Positions 1 through 10,170 of a stretch of 19,878 nt of DNA are shown in pieces. A program made the translations under genes and the position numbers. Under the pieces are notes generated by a model that saw only the letters and a list, made by a program, of their open reading frames with translations, was not told where the DNA came from and searched no databases. Source of the DNA: a virus (Duplodnaviria; Heunggongvirae; Uroviricota; Caudoviricetes). The stretch lies in the IMG/VR virus record IMGVR_UViG_2711768014_000002; one strand, written 5' to 3'. Each line of letters opens with the position of its first letter. The first letter of the stretch is position 1.

Positions 1-3000
1 TCATACGCTATACCGTTAAAAATAATGGGCGGAATAATAATCTGGCGGTCAAAGTTATGATCATCGCTTATGGTGACTGTAACCGTCCCGTTTGGTGTTT
101 CCGTGTTACCCCACGTACCAGCCTGTTTCGGAAATGATTTGGATACAGCTTTAACGAAGTCACCTCTGACCTGAGTCGCCTCCAGCATGCCCTTAATCGT
201 ACAGTTTTCATTTACCGTGACATTGTTGAGCGTCCCGGCGTTCGCATTCACACTGCCACTGATATCCGCATTTTTAGCGGTCAGCTTTCCGTCCGGAGTC
301 AGGGAAAATGCCGATGGATTTCCACCGCTGGTAATGGTGGGGGCCGTCAGGCGTTTCAGGAACACGTCGTTCATGAATATCTGATCGCCCTGACCAACAA
401 ACATCGGTTTTGTGTTGCCATTCGCAGGATTAACCATCGCAATCCTGTCCGCCGCCAGCAGCACCTGACTCTGCATGCCGTCAGGGGTGTTCTCAATACC
501 GGCACCAATACCCGCGATATAAAGGCGTCCGTCCTGCATCTGCTGCAGCTTCACAGCCCACATGCTGTTCAGGTTATTATTTGTATCAACCTGAACCTTC
601 TGTATCTGCTGAATTGCCGCACTCTGGTCTTCCAGTTTCTTATTGACGGTCTGCGTGATTTCATTGCTGACATCCGTAATGGACGTCCTGATTTCAGCCA
701 GGTCAGGCGCAAGCTGACCGTTATCAATCTGCGTCCACAGCTCCTGAGCCAGATGGGTTTTCCCTATCTCGCCTTTGAAAAAATCCAGATAACCGGATGC
801 ATCATCACTCGGCTGACCAACAGCCTCCACGAATGCCGATTTGCCAACGGTGTTCACACTGCGGATATAAAAGTAATAATCATGGCCCGGTTTGATATTG
901 ATACTGGCGGCTATCCAGTACAGCGCCGTGCCAAGATAGCGTGCTGTGGTTTCAACCTGCCTGATATCCGCAATCCGCTTTTCCGAGAACCAGAACTCAA
1001 ACTGTACCGTCGGATCATAAACCGCAAGATGCGGCGTGGCGGTTATCTGAAAATAGCCCGGCGTCAGCTCAATCCGCGACAGCGCTGCCGGTGCGGCAAT
1101 CCGGAACGATACCGACGCCGGATCGCCCTGCTGCCCCCACGCATTTACTGCCCGGACTGTCAGCCTGTAGTTCCCCAGCGCCAGTTGTGTGAAGCGGTAA
1201 GTGGTTTCCGTCGTCCGGGCCGTGCTGACCAGNNNNNNNNNNNNNNNNNNNNNNNNNNNNNNNNNNNNNNNNNNNNNNNNNNNNNNNNNNNNNNNNNNNN
1301 NNNNNNNNNNNNNNNNNNNNNNNNNNNNNNNNNNNNNNNNNNNNNNNNNNNNNNNNNNNNNNNNNNNNNNNNNNNNNNNNNNNNNNNNNNNNNNNNNNNN
1401 NNNNNNNNNNNNNNNNNNNNNNNNNNNNNNNNNNNNNNNNNNNNNNNNNNNNNNNNNNNNNNNNNNNNNNNNNNNNNNNNNNNNNNNNNNNNNNNNNNNN
1501 NNNNNNNNNNNNNNNNNNNNNNNNNNNNNNNNNNNNNNNNNNNNNNNNNNNNNNNNNNNNNNNNNNNNNNNNNNNNNNNNNNNNNNNNNNNNNNNNNNNN
1601 NNNNNNNACCGTCAGGAACACGGCTCACTTTTACCTTCACGCCGTCGGTGACGGACTGGACCTCCACGCTGACCGGATTCCCCTGCCCGTCAACCAGGCT
1701 TATCAGCGTGGTGCCGGAGGATGGCAGCGTGATTTCACGGTCGAGCGTCAGCGTCCGGGTCTGGCTGTTCACCGCCAGCACGCGCCCGCCGGTGCGGATA
1801 CCGGCATAGTCATCATCGCAGATTTCAATGACATCGCCCGGTACATGACGAAGCCCTTCAGCACCCACGCTGAAATCCACGGTCTGCGTCTCCAGCAGTT
1901 CCGTTTTAATCAGCCACAGCCCGGCGCGGTGTGCCTGCCCCCGGCTGGTACAGCCAAAGGCATCCATCTTCGTGACGTTACGACCGTAACGGACAATGGC
2001 CTGCGTATCCTCCACAAGCTCTGTCGCCGTCTCCCAGCCGTTATCCGGGTCAATCCAGTTCACCTCAACGGCATTATGGCGGTCTTTCAGGGCGCTGAAA
2101 CTGTAGCGGAACGGCGCGCCATCATCCGGCATCACCACATTACTGCGGTTATAGGCCCACACCTTATCCGACTGTCGGTCCTGCACGAACGTCAGCGTCT
2201 GCCCGTTCCATACCGGCATACAGCGCATCGCCGAGCAGAAATCACTGAGCACATCCCACGCCTTGCGCTGTGTGGTCAGCCAGGCATTACAGGTGATGCG
2301 CGGCTCCGTGCTGCCAAAGCCGTCCGGCACCGACTGGTCACAGTACTGGCCGATGACATACAGCGCCCATTTATCCACATCTGCCGCACCAAGACGTTTC
2401 CCCATGCCATAGCGCGGATGGGTCAGCATATCCCACAGACACCAGGCCATGTTGTTGCTGTATGCCGGTTTTAACGTTCCGTCCCAGATACCGCTGTATT
2501 GCCGCGTCTGCGGATTATAGTTCGACGGCACCTGCAGAATGCGCCCGCGAAGATGATAATTACGGCTCACCTGCTGGCTGCCGAACTGCTCCGAATCCAC
2601 CTGTACGCCGACCAGTGCCGTGTTCGGGTAGCACTGTTTCACATCGATGATTTCGGTGTATGACGACCAGAGCGTTTTGTTCTGCAGCTGGTCTGTGGTG
2701 CTGTCCGGCGTCATTCTGCGCATCCGGATATTAAACGGGCGCGGCGGCAGGTTATCCACCACCACCGAGGCCAGATACTGCGAGGTGGTTTTGCCCTTAA
2801 TGGTGATGTCTTTTTCCGTCACCCAGCCACCGTTACGCTGTATCTGAACCAGCAGGCGAACTTCAGACGGATTCCTGTCTCCCTTTGAGGTGGTTTCCAC
2901 CAGTGCCTGTACACCGAAGGTAAAACGCAGTCGGTCAATGTTTGCCGACGTGATGGTCCGGGTGATCGGCGTGTCATATTTCACTTCCGTACCCAGCACC

Positions 3001-3263
3001 GTCTCGGAGCCGGAGGATTCAAACCCCTCCGGCGGTGACTGCTCCTGCTCACCTGCCCGGAACACCACCGTGACGCCGGAGATGTTGGTATTCCCCTCAT
3101 TGTCCAGCACCGGCGTACTGTTCAGCAGCACGCTTTTTAATCCATCCACCGGACCTTCAACCGGCCCTTCACTGATGGCATCGATCACACTCAGCAGCTG
3201 CGTGGACTTCAGGTTGTCCTTCGCTTCGCGCGGGGTATGCCCCTTACTGCTGCCTTTACCCAT
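1..3263 (-). CDS. J: Tail tip / host-specificity protein J (central tail fibre), 3'-partial
   Basis: Minus-strand ATG at 3263..3261. My translation begins [34 protein letters not shown], which I recognise as the lambda gpJ N-terminus. The frame is still open at the window edge (last residues ...[28 protein letters not shown]). It is interrupted only by the 375-nt N run (a multiple of 3). About 1087 codons are in the window; the rest, about 45 codons if the length equals the 1132 aa I recall for lambda J, lies outside. Absent from the supplied ORF track because it has no in-window stop. Confidence 0.93.
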   Translation of the reverse strand, partial: MGKGSSKGHTPREAKDNLKSTQLLSVIDAISEGPVEGPVDGLKSVLLNSTPVLDNEGNTNISGVTVVFRAGEQEQSPPEGFESSGSETVLGTEVKYDTPITRTITSANIDRLRFTFGVQALVETTSKGDRNPSEVRLLVQIQRNGGWVTEKDITIKGKTTSQYLASVVVDNLPPRPFNIRMRRMTPDSTTDQLQNKTLWSSYTEIIDVKQCYPNTALVGVQVDSEQFGSQQVSRNYHLRGRILQVPSNYNPQTRQYSGIWDGTLKPAYSNNMAWCLWDMLTHPRYGMGKRLGAADVDKWALYVIGQYCDQSVPDGFGSTEPRITCNAWLTTQRKAWDVLSDFCSAMRCMPVWNGQTLTFVQDRQSDKVWAYNRSNVVMPDDGAPFRYSFSALKDRHNAVEVNWIDPDNGWETATELVEDTQAIVRYGRNVTKMDAFGCTSRGQAHRAGLWLIKTELLETQTVDFSVGAEGLRHVPGDVIEICDDDYAGIRTGGRVLAVNSQTRTLTLDREITLPSSGTTLISLVDGQGNPVSVEVQSVTDGVKVKVSRVPDGXXXXXXXXXXXXXXXXXXXXXXXXXXXXXXXXXXXXXXXXXXXXXXXXXXXXXXXXXXXXXXXXXXXXXXXXXXXXXXXXXXXXXXXXXXXXXXXXXXXXXXXXXXXXXXXXXXXXXXXXXXXXXLVSTARTTETTYRFTQLALGNYRLTVRAVNAWGQQGDPASVSFRIAAPAALSRIELTPGYFQITATPHLAVYDPTVQFEFWFSEKRIADIRQVETTARYLGTALYWIAASINIKPGHDYYFYIRSVNTVGKSAFVEAVGQPSDDASGYLDFFKGEIGKTHLAQELWTQIDNGQLAPDLAEIRTSITDVSNEITQTVNKKLEDQSAAIQQIQKVQVDTNNNLNSMWAVKLQQMQDGRLYIAGIGAGIENTPDGMQSQVLLAADRIAMVNPANGNTKPMFVGQGDQIFMNDVFLKRLTAPTITSGGNPSAFSLTPDGKLTAKNADISGSVNANAGTLNNVTVNENCTIKGMLEATQVRGDFVKAVSKSFPKQAGTWGNTETPNGTVTVTISDDHNFDRQIIIPPIIFNGIAY
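1233..1607. other. Run of 375 N (masked or unsequenced gap) inside J
   Basis: Directly visible. The length is a multiple of 3 and the J frame is continuous across it. It hides roughly J residues 553-677. Confidence 0.99.
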
Positions 3264-3323
3264 TCGTCATGCTCCATAAACGATAAAACCGCCCGGAGGC
3301 GATTTCACATAAAACATTTTGCA

Positions 3324-3995
3324 TCAGCGACCAATCACCACAACCTGACCACCGTCCCCTTCGTCTGCCGTGCTGATCTCCTGAGATACCACACGTGACC
3401 CCACGCGCATTTCACCATACAGAACAGGCATAACATTGCCCTGGGCAACCATGTTATCCAGTGAGGAGAAATAGGTGTTCTGCTTACCGTTATCCGTTGT
3501 CTGTGTGCGGGGAGTTCTGGCTTTCGGTGCCAGCATCTGAGCCACACCGCCGAGCACCATACTGGCACCGAGAGAAAACAGAATGCCGGTCATACCACCG
3601 GCACCAATGGCAGCCCCCCATGCTGCAAGGGTGGCTCCGGCGGTAAAGAATGATCCGGCAATGGCGGCTGCTCCCAGGACAATCTGGAATACACCACCTG
3701 ACTTGGCCCCGGCGACTCTGGGAACAATATGAATCACAGCGCCGTCAGGCAGAGCCTCATGTAACTGTGCCGTTAATCCGGACGTGCTAACATCCTGCCC
3801 GGCAATACGCACCTGATACCAGCCGTCGCTCAGCTTCTGACGAAACGCAGGGAGCTGTGTGGCCATCGCCCGGATGGCTTCGGCACCCGTTTTCACACGA
3901 AGGTCGATGCGGCGGCCAAATCGTTGTAAATCCCCGTAAAGGCAGATGCGTGCCATGCCCGGTGACGCCAGAGGGAGTGTGTGCGTCGCTGCCAT
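3324..3995 (-). CDS. I: Tail assembly protein I
   Basis: 223-aa minus ORF (MAATHTLPLASPGMARICLYGDLQRFGRRIDL...), the length I recall for lambda gpI. Sits between K and J; the 5' end overlaps the K 3' end. Hydrophobic Gly/Ala-rich C-terminal half. Confidence 0.92.
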   Translation of the reverse strand: MAATHTLPLASPGMARICLYGDLQRFGRRIDLRVKTGAEAIRAMATQLPAFRQKLSDGWYQVRIAGQDVSTSGLTAQLHEALPDGAVIHIVPRVAGAKSGGVFQIVLGAAAIAGSFFTAGATLAAWGAAIGAGGMTGILFSLGASMVLGGVAQMLAPKARTPRTQTTDNGKQNTYFSSLDNMVAQGNVMPVLYGEMRVGSRVVSQEISTADEGDGGQVVVIGR

Positions 3996-4636
3996 TTGTC
4001 GGTATACCTCTCTCGTTTGCTCAGTTGTTCAGGAATATGGTGCAGCAGCTCGCCGTCACCACAGTAAATGGCGGCATGATTCGGCACCGATGAACCAAAA
4101 CAGCACAGCAGCACATCGCCCGGCTGCGCCGCTGACAACGGCACCTGATACAGCCCTGTGGCCTCCAGATTATCCAGATAGAGATTCTGACCGTGACGCC
4201 ACCAGTCATCCTCACGATGAAAATCCGGCATCTCAATCCCCGCCAGATGGTAAGCATCCCGGAACAGCGTGTAACAGTCCGTCACCCCGTGCTCAAAGCG
4301 CCGCCCGGTAAGATGTGGCACACAGCGGAACTTGTGAATCGCCCCCCGGCAGACCAGCCACCACGGCAAATCACTCTGCACCTGCAGCCGCCGGTCGGCC
4401 TCACTCAGCCAGGGCAGACCACCGGGGTGGCTGTGGACCAGTGCCACAATCTCACCCTGCATCTCTGCCTGCAGCCAGTCTTCCGGCGACATACGGAAAT
4501 ACGCCTCCGGCTCACCGGAGATATTCACGCAGGGGAAATATCTTTCCCCCTCCGGCGTTCTTACCACGAAGCCGCACGACTCCGCTGGAGCACATCGCCG
4601 GGCGTGCGCCAGAATCGCTGATTCTGTCTCTGTCAT
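3893..4636 (-). CDS. K: Tail tip assembly protein K (MPN/JAMM + NlpC/P60 two-domain protein)
   Basis: 247-aa minus ORF starting MTETESAILAHARRCAPAESCGFVV. Contains the JAMM motif HSHPGGLPWLSEAD (H-x-H-x7-S-x2-D) and a downstream Cys/His region typical of NlpC/P60 (GVTDCYTLF...NHAAIY). An alternative internal ATG at 4492 gives 199 aa and has a GGAGG upstream, but would truncate the MPN domain. The 3' end overlaps I by 103 nt in another frame. Confidence 0.85.
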   Translation of the reverse strand: MTETESAILAHARRCAPAESCGFVVRTPEGERYFPCVNISGEPEAYFRMSPEDWLQAEMQGEIVALVHSHPGGLPWLSEADRRLQVQSDLPWWLVCRGAIHKFRCVPHLTGRRFEHGVTDCYTLFRDAYHLAGIEMPDFHREDDWWRHGQNLYLDNLEATGLYQVPLSAAQPGDVLLCCFGSSVPNHAAIYCGDGELLHHIPEQLSKRERYTDKWQRRTHSLWRHRAWHASAFTGIYNDLAAASTFV

Positions 4637-4641
4637 GGGAT

Positions 4642-5293
4642 TTACTGCGAAAGTTTGTTAATGGAAAGGAAGCCGCCAAAGTTGCCGACGTTATTGCGAA
4701 ACTTACAGCCACTCAGGCATTTGCTGCATTTATCCTTCGTGATGTCGGACGTTGGCTGGTCATATTCATCCGCGACCGCCGGACCGTGATAACCGCACTC
4801 ATCGCCGCGATAGGTCCAGGTGCAGGTGTTGGCCAGCATGATACGTCCCGGAAAAACAGCGCCATCTGTTTCCGTCGGNNNNNNNNNNNNNNNNNNNNNN
4901 NNNNNNNNNNNNNNNNNNNNNNNNNNNNNNNNNNNNNNNNNNNNNNNNNNNNNNNNNNNNNNNNNNNNNNNNNNNNNNNNNNNNNNNNNNNNNNNNNNNN
5001 NNNNNNNNNNNNNNNNNNNNNNNNNNNNNNNNNNNNNNNNNNNNNNNNNNNNNNNNNNNNNNNNNNNNNNNNNNNNNNNNNNNNNNNNNNNNNNNNNNNN
5101 NNNNNNNNNNNNNNNNNNNNNNNNNNNNCTGTCGCCCCTGCCAGGTGACCGGCTCACCTTTTTCGTTCTGCTCATTACAGAAAAAATAACGTTCTCCACC
5201 GACCTCTGTCAGATCGATTTCCCAGAGCACCACGCTGGCCGACTGCTCCGCACGGGTGCATTCATTCAGTGTTTCCTGCCGGATATCCTGCAT
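4642..5293 (-). CDS. L: Minor tail protein L (interrupted by N run)
   Basis: N-terminal 55 codons (5293..5129, MQDIRQETLNECTRAEQSASVVLWEIDLTEVGGERYFFCNEQNEKGEPVTWQGRQ) and C-terminal 78 codons plus stop (4878..4642, PTETDGAVFPGRIMLANTCTWTYRGDECGY...FLSINKLSQ) flank the 250-nt N run. Both pieces match what I recall of lambda gpL (232 aa). L start overlaps M stop (ATGA). Confidence 0.9.
4879..5128. other. Run of 250 N (gap) inside L
   Basis: Directly visible. 250 is not a multiple of 3, so the two L segments are out of frame as written. It is also about 47 nt shorter than the 297 nt needed for a 232-aa L. Consistent with an estimated-length scaffold gap or mask. Confidence 0.99.
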
Positions 5294-5622
5294 CAGTTCA
5301 CCACCTGTTCAAACTCTGCGCTGAACTCAACACGCAGCATACTGACCCGCGACGACCATTTTGCGCAGGTCACCTTTATCTGCCGCCACTCATAAGGCGG
5401 CGTCCACAGAAAGGCTTTCCAGCCCCCGTGCTCTTCCAGAAACGACTCCAGTACCATGGCCTCCTCACGGGGGACAGAAAGCGTCACGCTGTACGTTTTC
5501 AGGTTGGCATTCAGCCCGGCAGGCGCTCGCTGGGAATAGCCATCACCAAAGCGCACCTTTCTTACAGAAGGGGCCGAAGCCACATCCATACCGGGTTTCA
5601 CTTTCCAGCGGAAGGTTTTCAT
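5293..5622 (-). CDS. M: Minor tail protein M
   Basis: 109-aa minus ORF (MKTFRWKVKPGMDVASAPSVRKVRFGDGYSQRAPAGLNANLKTY...), the length and position of lambda gpM. 4-nt overlap with H stop, 1-nt overlap with L start. Confidence 0.93.
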   Translation of the reverse strand: MKTFRWKVKPGMDVASAPSVRKVRFGDGYSQRAPAGLNANLKTYSVTLSVPREEAMVLESFLEEHGGWKAFLWTPPYEWRQIKVTCAKWSSRVSMLRVEFSAEFEQVVN

Positions 5623-8180
5623 CGTCCACCTCCGGAGAACAGGCCACCATCACGCATCTGTGTCTGAATTTCATCACGGGCACCCTTGCGGGCCATGTCA
5701 TACACGGCCTTCATCATCTGTGGACCTGGCAGACCATTCGTACCGTCGTTCTGAATCACCACGTGATTGTTCTGATTAAAATTAATGCCTTCAGCCCGCC
5801 GCATCTGCGCCGGACTTCCGGCACCGCCCACATAACCACCTTCCGCATAGCCGCGCATCAGCCGGTAGAGATTCCCCACGCCAATCCGGCTGGTTGCCTC
5901 CTTCGTGAAGACAAATTCACCACGGTGAACAATCCCCGCTGGCTCATATTTGCCGCCGGTTCCCGTAAATCCCCCGGTTGCAAAATGGAATTTCACCGCA
6001 GCGGCCTGAATGGCTGTACCACCTGACGCGGATGCGCCGCCACCAACAGCCCCGCCAATGGCGCTGCCGATACTCCCGACAATCCCCACCATTGCCTGCT
6101 TAAGCAGAATTTCTGTCATCATGGACAGCACGGAGCGGGTGAAGCTGCGCCAGTTCTGTTCACTGCCGGTCAGCATCGCCGCCATATTCTGTGCAATACC
6201 ATCAAAGGTCTGCGTGGCTGCACTTTTAACCTGTGACATACTGTCCGTGGCGCTCTCTTCCCACTCACTCCAGCCGGACTTCAGGCCTGCCATCCAGCTC
6301 CCGCGAAGCTGGTCTTCAGCCGCCCAGGTCTTTTTCTGCTCTGACATGACGTTATTCAGCGCCAGAGGATTATCGCCATACTGTTCCTTCAGGCGCTGTT
6401 CCGTGGCTTCCCGCGCTGCCTGCCGGTCAGTCAGCCCCCGGTTTTTCGCATCAATGGCTGCCCGTTTTGCCCGTTGCTGCTGTGCGAATTTATCCGCCTG
6501 CTGCGCCAGCGCATTCAGGTGCTCCTGATACGTAACCTTGTCACCAAGTGCAGCCAGCTGGCGTTTGTACTCCAGCGTCTCGTCTTTATGCGCCAGCAGG
6601 GATTTCTCCTGTGCGGACAGCTGGCGACGTTGTGCCGCCTCCTCCAGTACCGCGAACTGACTTTCTGCCTTCCACAAATCCCGGCGCTGCTGGCTGATTT
6701 TCTCATTCGCTCCGGCATGCTTCTCCAGCGTCCGGAGTTCTGCCTGAAGCGTCAGCAGGGCCGCATGAGCACTGTCTTCCTGACGATCGCCCGCATACAC
6801 CTTCACGCCGGACTGTTTCGGCTTTTTCAGCGTCGCTTCATAATCCTTTTTCGCCGCCGCCATCAGCGTGTTGTAATCTGCCTGCAGGATTTTTCCGTCT
6901 TTCAGTGCCTTGTTCAGTTCTTCCTGACGGGCGGTATATTTCTCCAGCGGCGTCTGCAGCCGTTCGTAAGCCTTCTGCGCCTCTTCGGTATATTTCAGCC
7001 GTGACGCTTCGGTATCGCTCTGCTGCTGCGCATTTTTGTCCTGTTGACGCTGTTGATCTACCCTCTTTTGGGCTGCATCCCGCTCCAGGCGTTTTTTTTC
7101 ACGATCATCCCAGTAACGCGCCCGTGCTTCATCGTTAACGAAATAATCATCCTTGCGCAGATTCCAGATGTCGTCTGCTTTCTTAAACGCAGCCTCTGCC
7201 TTAATCAGCATCTCCTGCGCGGTATCAGGACGACCAATATCCAGCACCGCATCCCACATGGATTTGAATGCACGTGCAGTCCTGTCTGCCCAGGTCTCCA
7301 GCGTGCCCATGTTCTCTTTCAGGCGGCGGGTCTGGTCATCAAACCCTTTCGTTGCGGCCTCGTTCGCCGCCTGCAATGCCCCGGCTTCATCGCCGGAACG
7401 CTGCAACTGAGCAACATACGCAATCTGCTCCGCCGTCACGTTATGGAACTGGCGTGCCATCGCCGTCAGCCCCGACGTCGGGTCTGTGGTCAGCTTCCCG
7501 AAGGCTTCAGCGACCTTGTCCACCTCCACGCCGGATGCATAGGAGAAACGCGCCACACTCTGGCTGATGGACGCAATCTGAGCCTCACCGCTTACCCCCG
7601 CCTTAACCAGTGCGCTGAGTGACTCGCTGGTCTGGTTAAACGTCAGCCCTGCCGCCTGCCCGGCTCTGGACAGGACCAGCATACGATCTGCCGTCAGTCC
7701 CGCCTGATTACCGGAAAGGACCAGCGTTTTGTTGAAATCGGACAGGGTTGAGTTGCCCTGATACCAGGCATACGCCAGCGCACCGGTCGCCACCGCCAGC
7801 GAGGTGGCCCCCACCATCGGCAGGGTGATCGCGCCGGCAAGCCCCCTGAACATGGGGATCATCCCGCCGAAGGAGTCCTTAACCTGACCACCCTGTTGCA
7901 GCAGGATCAGCCAGGGATTCTGCCCCCCTGCAAGCTGCGTGGCCACGTCGGTGAACTGTGCAGGCAGCATACGCATGGCGGCTTTATACTGCCCGACGGA
8001 AATCCCCGCTTTCTGTGCAGCCAGCGCCTGTCGGCTCAGCGACTGTTCAACGACTGCCGCTGTTTTTTTCGCATCACTTTCCGTACCGGAAAAATGACGC
8101 CTGACTCTGGCCATCTGCTCGTCAAATCTGGCCGCATCCAGACTCAAATCAACGACCAGATCGCCTACCGGTTCAGCCAT
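5619..8180 (-). CDS. H: Tail tape measure protein H
   Basis: 853-aa minus ORF, the length I recall for lambda gpH. Long Ala/Gln/Glu/Lys-rich predicted coiled-coil centre, hydrophobic Gly-rich segment near the C-terminus. Immediately follows G/G-T as in all lambda-type tail modules. Confidence 0.95.
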   Translation of the reverse strand: MAEPVGDLVVDLSLDAARFDEQMARVRRHFSGTESDAKKTAAVVEQSLSRQALAAQKAGISVGQYKAAMRMLPAQFTDVATQLAGGQNPWLILLQQGGQVKDSFGGMIPMFRGLAGAITLPMVGATSLAVATGALAYAWYQGNSTLSDFNKTLVLSGNQAGLTADRMLVLSRAGQAAGLTFNQTSESLSALVKAGVSGEAQIASISQSVARFSYASGVEVDKVAEAFGKLTTDPTSGLTAMARQFHNVTAEQIAYVAQLQRSGDEAGALQAANEAATKGFDDQTRRLKENMGTLETWADRTARAFKSMWDAVLDIGRPDTAQEMLIKAEAAFKKADDIWNLRKDDYFVNDEARARYWDDREKKRLERDAAQKRVDQQRQQDKNAQQQSDTEASRLKYTEEAQKAYERLQTPLEKYTARQEELNKALKDGKILQADYNTLMAAAKKDYEATLKKPKQSGVKVYAGDRQEDSAHAALLTLQAELRTLEKHAGANEKISQQRRDLWKAESQFAVLEEAAQRRQLSAQEKSLLAHKDETLEYKRQLAALGDKVTYQEHLNALAQQADKFAQQQRAKRAAIDAKNRGLTDRQAAREATEQRLKEQYGDNPLALNNVMSEQKKTWAAEDQLRGSWMAGLKSGWSEWEESATDSMSQVKSAATQTFDGIAQNMAAMLTGSEQNWRSFTRSVLSMMTEILLKQAMVGIVGSIGSAIGGAVGGGASASGGTAIQAAAVKFHFATGGFTGTGGKYEPAGIVHRGEFVFTKEATSRIGVGNLYRLMRGYAEGGYVGGAGSPAQMRRAEGINFNQNNHVVIQNDGTNGLPGPQMMKAVYDMARKGARDEIQTQMRDGGLFSGGGR

Positions 8181-9011
8181 ACCGGACTCCTCCTGCGATC
8201 CCTTCTGATACTGTCATCAGCATTACGTCATCCTCCGTCATGTCCGCCACATCCGGGGAAGCGGGGATAACTTCATTCCCGTCCGGGCCAAAGCGGACAC
8301 CTCCGGCAAGCCCTGCCGCTTTCTGCATCAGCACATCATCTTCAGGCTCTTCGTCAGCCTCGCGCCGGTTCAGCAGACTGAAATCCAGCGGATGCATCTC
8401 CGGATCGCTGAAAAACAGGCTGAGCACGGTGTACGTCAGCCCGGAAAAGTGCATATCCAGCAGAACATCATGAAAATAATGGGTACTGTAAAAGCGGTGC
8501 CAGTCGGCATACTCCGTGGATGACATCCCGGCAAGCATGGCGCGCCAGTCGGGTCGCCCCATCTCACGCGCCAGTTTCAGGGCAAAACTCAGCTCACCGT
8601 CGAACACTTTCCCGCAGAAACAGGCTCTGCAGGCCCGGCGTCCTCTGCCTGTTCAGGAGCATCATTCACCACAAACTCATACATACCGGACAGCCGGTAC
8701 ACCACGTTTTCAGCATGAGAAATTGCCTCTGTGGGCCAGGTGGTAAGCACTTCCTGCTCAATCTGTTTAACGGCTTCATTCATGGACGGCATCTGCGTCT
8801 TCTTCGGATGGTTATGCCACAGGGACATCGCAACCACAAAAGCGCCGGTTCTGATGGCGTCTTCCACAGTAAACTTCCGGTTGCTGTCTGACTCCGCCTG
8901 TTCTGCCTGCCGTTTCATCAGGTCGAGATGCTCAATACGCTGCAGGGCTGACAGTTCAGAAAGCGTGACGGTCACACCGTTATGTTCAAATGATTCGGTT
9001 TTCAGGAACAT
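8173..9011 (-). CDS. T: Tail assembly chaperone G-T fusion, made by programmed -1 ribosomal frameshift
   Basis: The T frame (8173..8607, 144 codons) has no credible start of its own; the ORF track begins it at a GTG that is the last G of the slippery site. It lies in the -1 frame relative to G, beginning exactly at the GGGAAAG heptamer (minus strand, 8613..8607). T stop overlaps H start. Confidence 0.88.
8589..9011 (-). CDS. G: Tail assembly chaperone G
   Basis: 140-aa minus ORF (MFLKTESFEHNGVTVTLSELSALQRIEHL...), the length of lambda gpG. Slippery heptamer G GGA AAG sits at codons 134-135. Confidence 0.94.
   Translation of the reverse strand: MFLKTESFEHNGVTVTLSELSALQRIEHLDLMKRQAEQAESDSNRKFTVEDAIRTGAFVVAMSLWHNHPKKTQMPSMNEAVKQIEQEVLTTWPTEAISHAENVVYRLSGMYEFVVNDAPEQAEDAGPAEPVSAGKCSTVS
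8607..8613 (-). other. -1 frameshift slippery heptamer G GGA AAG (G to G-T recoding site)
   Basis: Plus-strand ctttccc at 8607..8613 is GGGAAAG on the minus strand. GGA is codon 134 of G ((9011-8612)/3 = 133 full codons before it). Confidence 0.85.
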
Positions 9012-9026
9012 CGCTGACTCTCCGGA

Positions 9027-9767
9027 TTAACTGGCGGTGACGTTGATTTCTGCAACCGCAGCAAACTCACCATTACCAGATACGACCGGAATGTTGACCT
9101 TGCCTGCAGCAACACCTTTCACGGTGATGGTCATACCACTGACCGACACGGTGGCTTTTGTTTTATCCGCAGACACCGCACGGAAGCTCTTGTCGGTTGC
9201 GCCATCCGGCTGGAATGCCACGGTCAGCGTGGTGCTCTGCCCTTTCACTACGGAAGCACTGGCGGGTGTCACCGTCATGCCGGTCGTCGCCGTCACCGTG
9301 CTGCGATCTTCTGCCATCGACGGACGTCCCACATTGGTGACCTTCACCGTGCGGGTAATCACCTCCTTCGCCGTCACCGCCTTACCGATACTGCTGACCC
9401 AGCCACGGAACACATCGACCGTGCCGTTCGGGAAGCGGATTTTATAGGCACGGGTATCACCTTCATTAAACCACGCCAGCAGCGCCTGCTGCCCCTGCTC
9501 TCCGGGCATCCACGCCAGCGTGAAGCTGGTATCTCCGGCAGATTTCTGCCCCTGCCCGGTCGCAGTCCAGTCTGCATCTTCATCATCGAGATAGCTGTCG
9601 TCATAGGACTCAGCGGTCAGTTCGCCGGGCGTCAGGTCTTTAACTTTTGCCAGACGCGACCAGTCAACGTCTGAAAGCGGGTTCGCATAAGGGTCACCGC
9701 TCCCCTTATAAACCCACAGGGTGGTCCCGGCACCTTTCACCGGCATTGTAGGATTTGGTACAGGCAT
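9027..9767 (-). CDS. V: Major tail tube protein V (with C-terminal Ig-like domain)
   Basis: Minus ORF. The supplied 256-aa ORF has a 10-codon upstream extension; the real start is the internal ATG at 9767 giving [31 protein letters not shown]... (246 aa, as in lambda gpV). The C-terminal ~90 aa ([25 protein letters not shown]...) have a Big_2-like Ig pattern. Confidence 0.94.
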   Translation of the reverse strand: MPVPNPTMPVKGAGTTLWVYKGSGDPYANPLSDVDWSRLAKVKDLTPGELTAESYDDSYLDDEDADWTATGQGQKSAGDTSFTLAWMPGEQGQQALLAWFNEGDTRAYKIRFPNGTVDVFRGWVSSIGKAVTAKEVITRTVKVTNVGRPSMAEDRSTVTATTGMTVTPASASVVKGQSTTLTVAFQPDGATDKSFRAVSADKTKATVSVSGMTITVKGVAAGKVNIPVVSGNGEFAAVAEINVTAS

Positions 9768-9774
9768 AGCGTCC

Positions 9775-10170
9775 TCACATTTCATAGATAATGACATAAG
9801 TCAGATCGGCTGAACTCCACAGGCCCGCATCATCGTCGCGCCGGTAGTCATAGCCGCTGGCCACCATACTGGTGATCAAATCTGACAGTGCCGGGATATC
9901 GCTCATCACAGGATAAATCCGGGACTCCATCCACGAATCCAGCTCTGAATCCGGCACCTGAGCAGGCAGGAAAACTTCAATATGCAGCTCCGCCTGCCAG
10001 GTATCGCTGTCCAGCTCTTCGCCCGTGTATTCAGCGCCGGTGAGATAAACGGCAATTGCCGGAAAATCTTCCTCATCAAAAACAGCGGGGCGACCATCAA
10101 AAAGCGTCGCCCCGGTGTCATGCTTCTCCAGTGCATCCAGTACGGCTGCACGGAGTTCAGTATGTTTCAT
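9775..10170 (-). CDS. U: Tail terminator protein U
   Basis: 131-aa minus ORF ([54 protein letters not shown]...), the length and position of lambda gpU. 4-nt overlap with Z. Confidence 0.93.
   Translation of the reverse strand: MKHTELRAAVLDALEKHDTGATLFDGRPAVFDEEDFPAIAVYLTGAEYTGEELDSDTWQAELHIEVFLPAQVPDSELDSWMESRIYPVMSDIPALSDLITSMVASGYDYRRDDDAGLWSSADLTYVIIYEM

Noticed and set aside
753-2474. 573-aa plus-strand ORF, with overlapping ORFs 1201..1809 (+) and 1160..1621 (-)
   Set aside because: Antisense to the well-supported J frame and spanning the N run; most of the 'protein' is X. Open antisense frames are expected in GC-rich coding DNA.
5361-8270. Series of plus-strand ORFs inside M and H (for example 5361..6026, 6010..6528, 6474..7004, 7044..7622, 7896..8270)
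   Set aside because: All are antisense to the tightly packed, overlapping M-H-T genes. Their translations are low-complexity (Arg/Ser/Pro/Cys-rich) and none has a ribosome-binding site.
8173-8607. T as a stand-alone 144-aa gene starting at GTG
   Set aside because: The 'start' is the last G of the slippery heptamer and has no ribosome-binding site. T is expected only as the G-T frameshift fusion.
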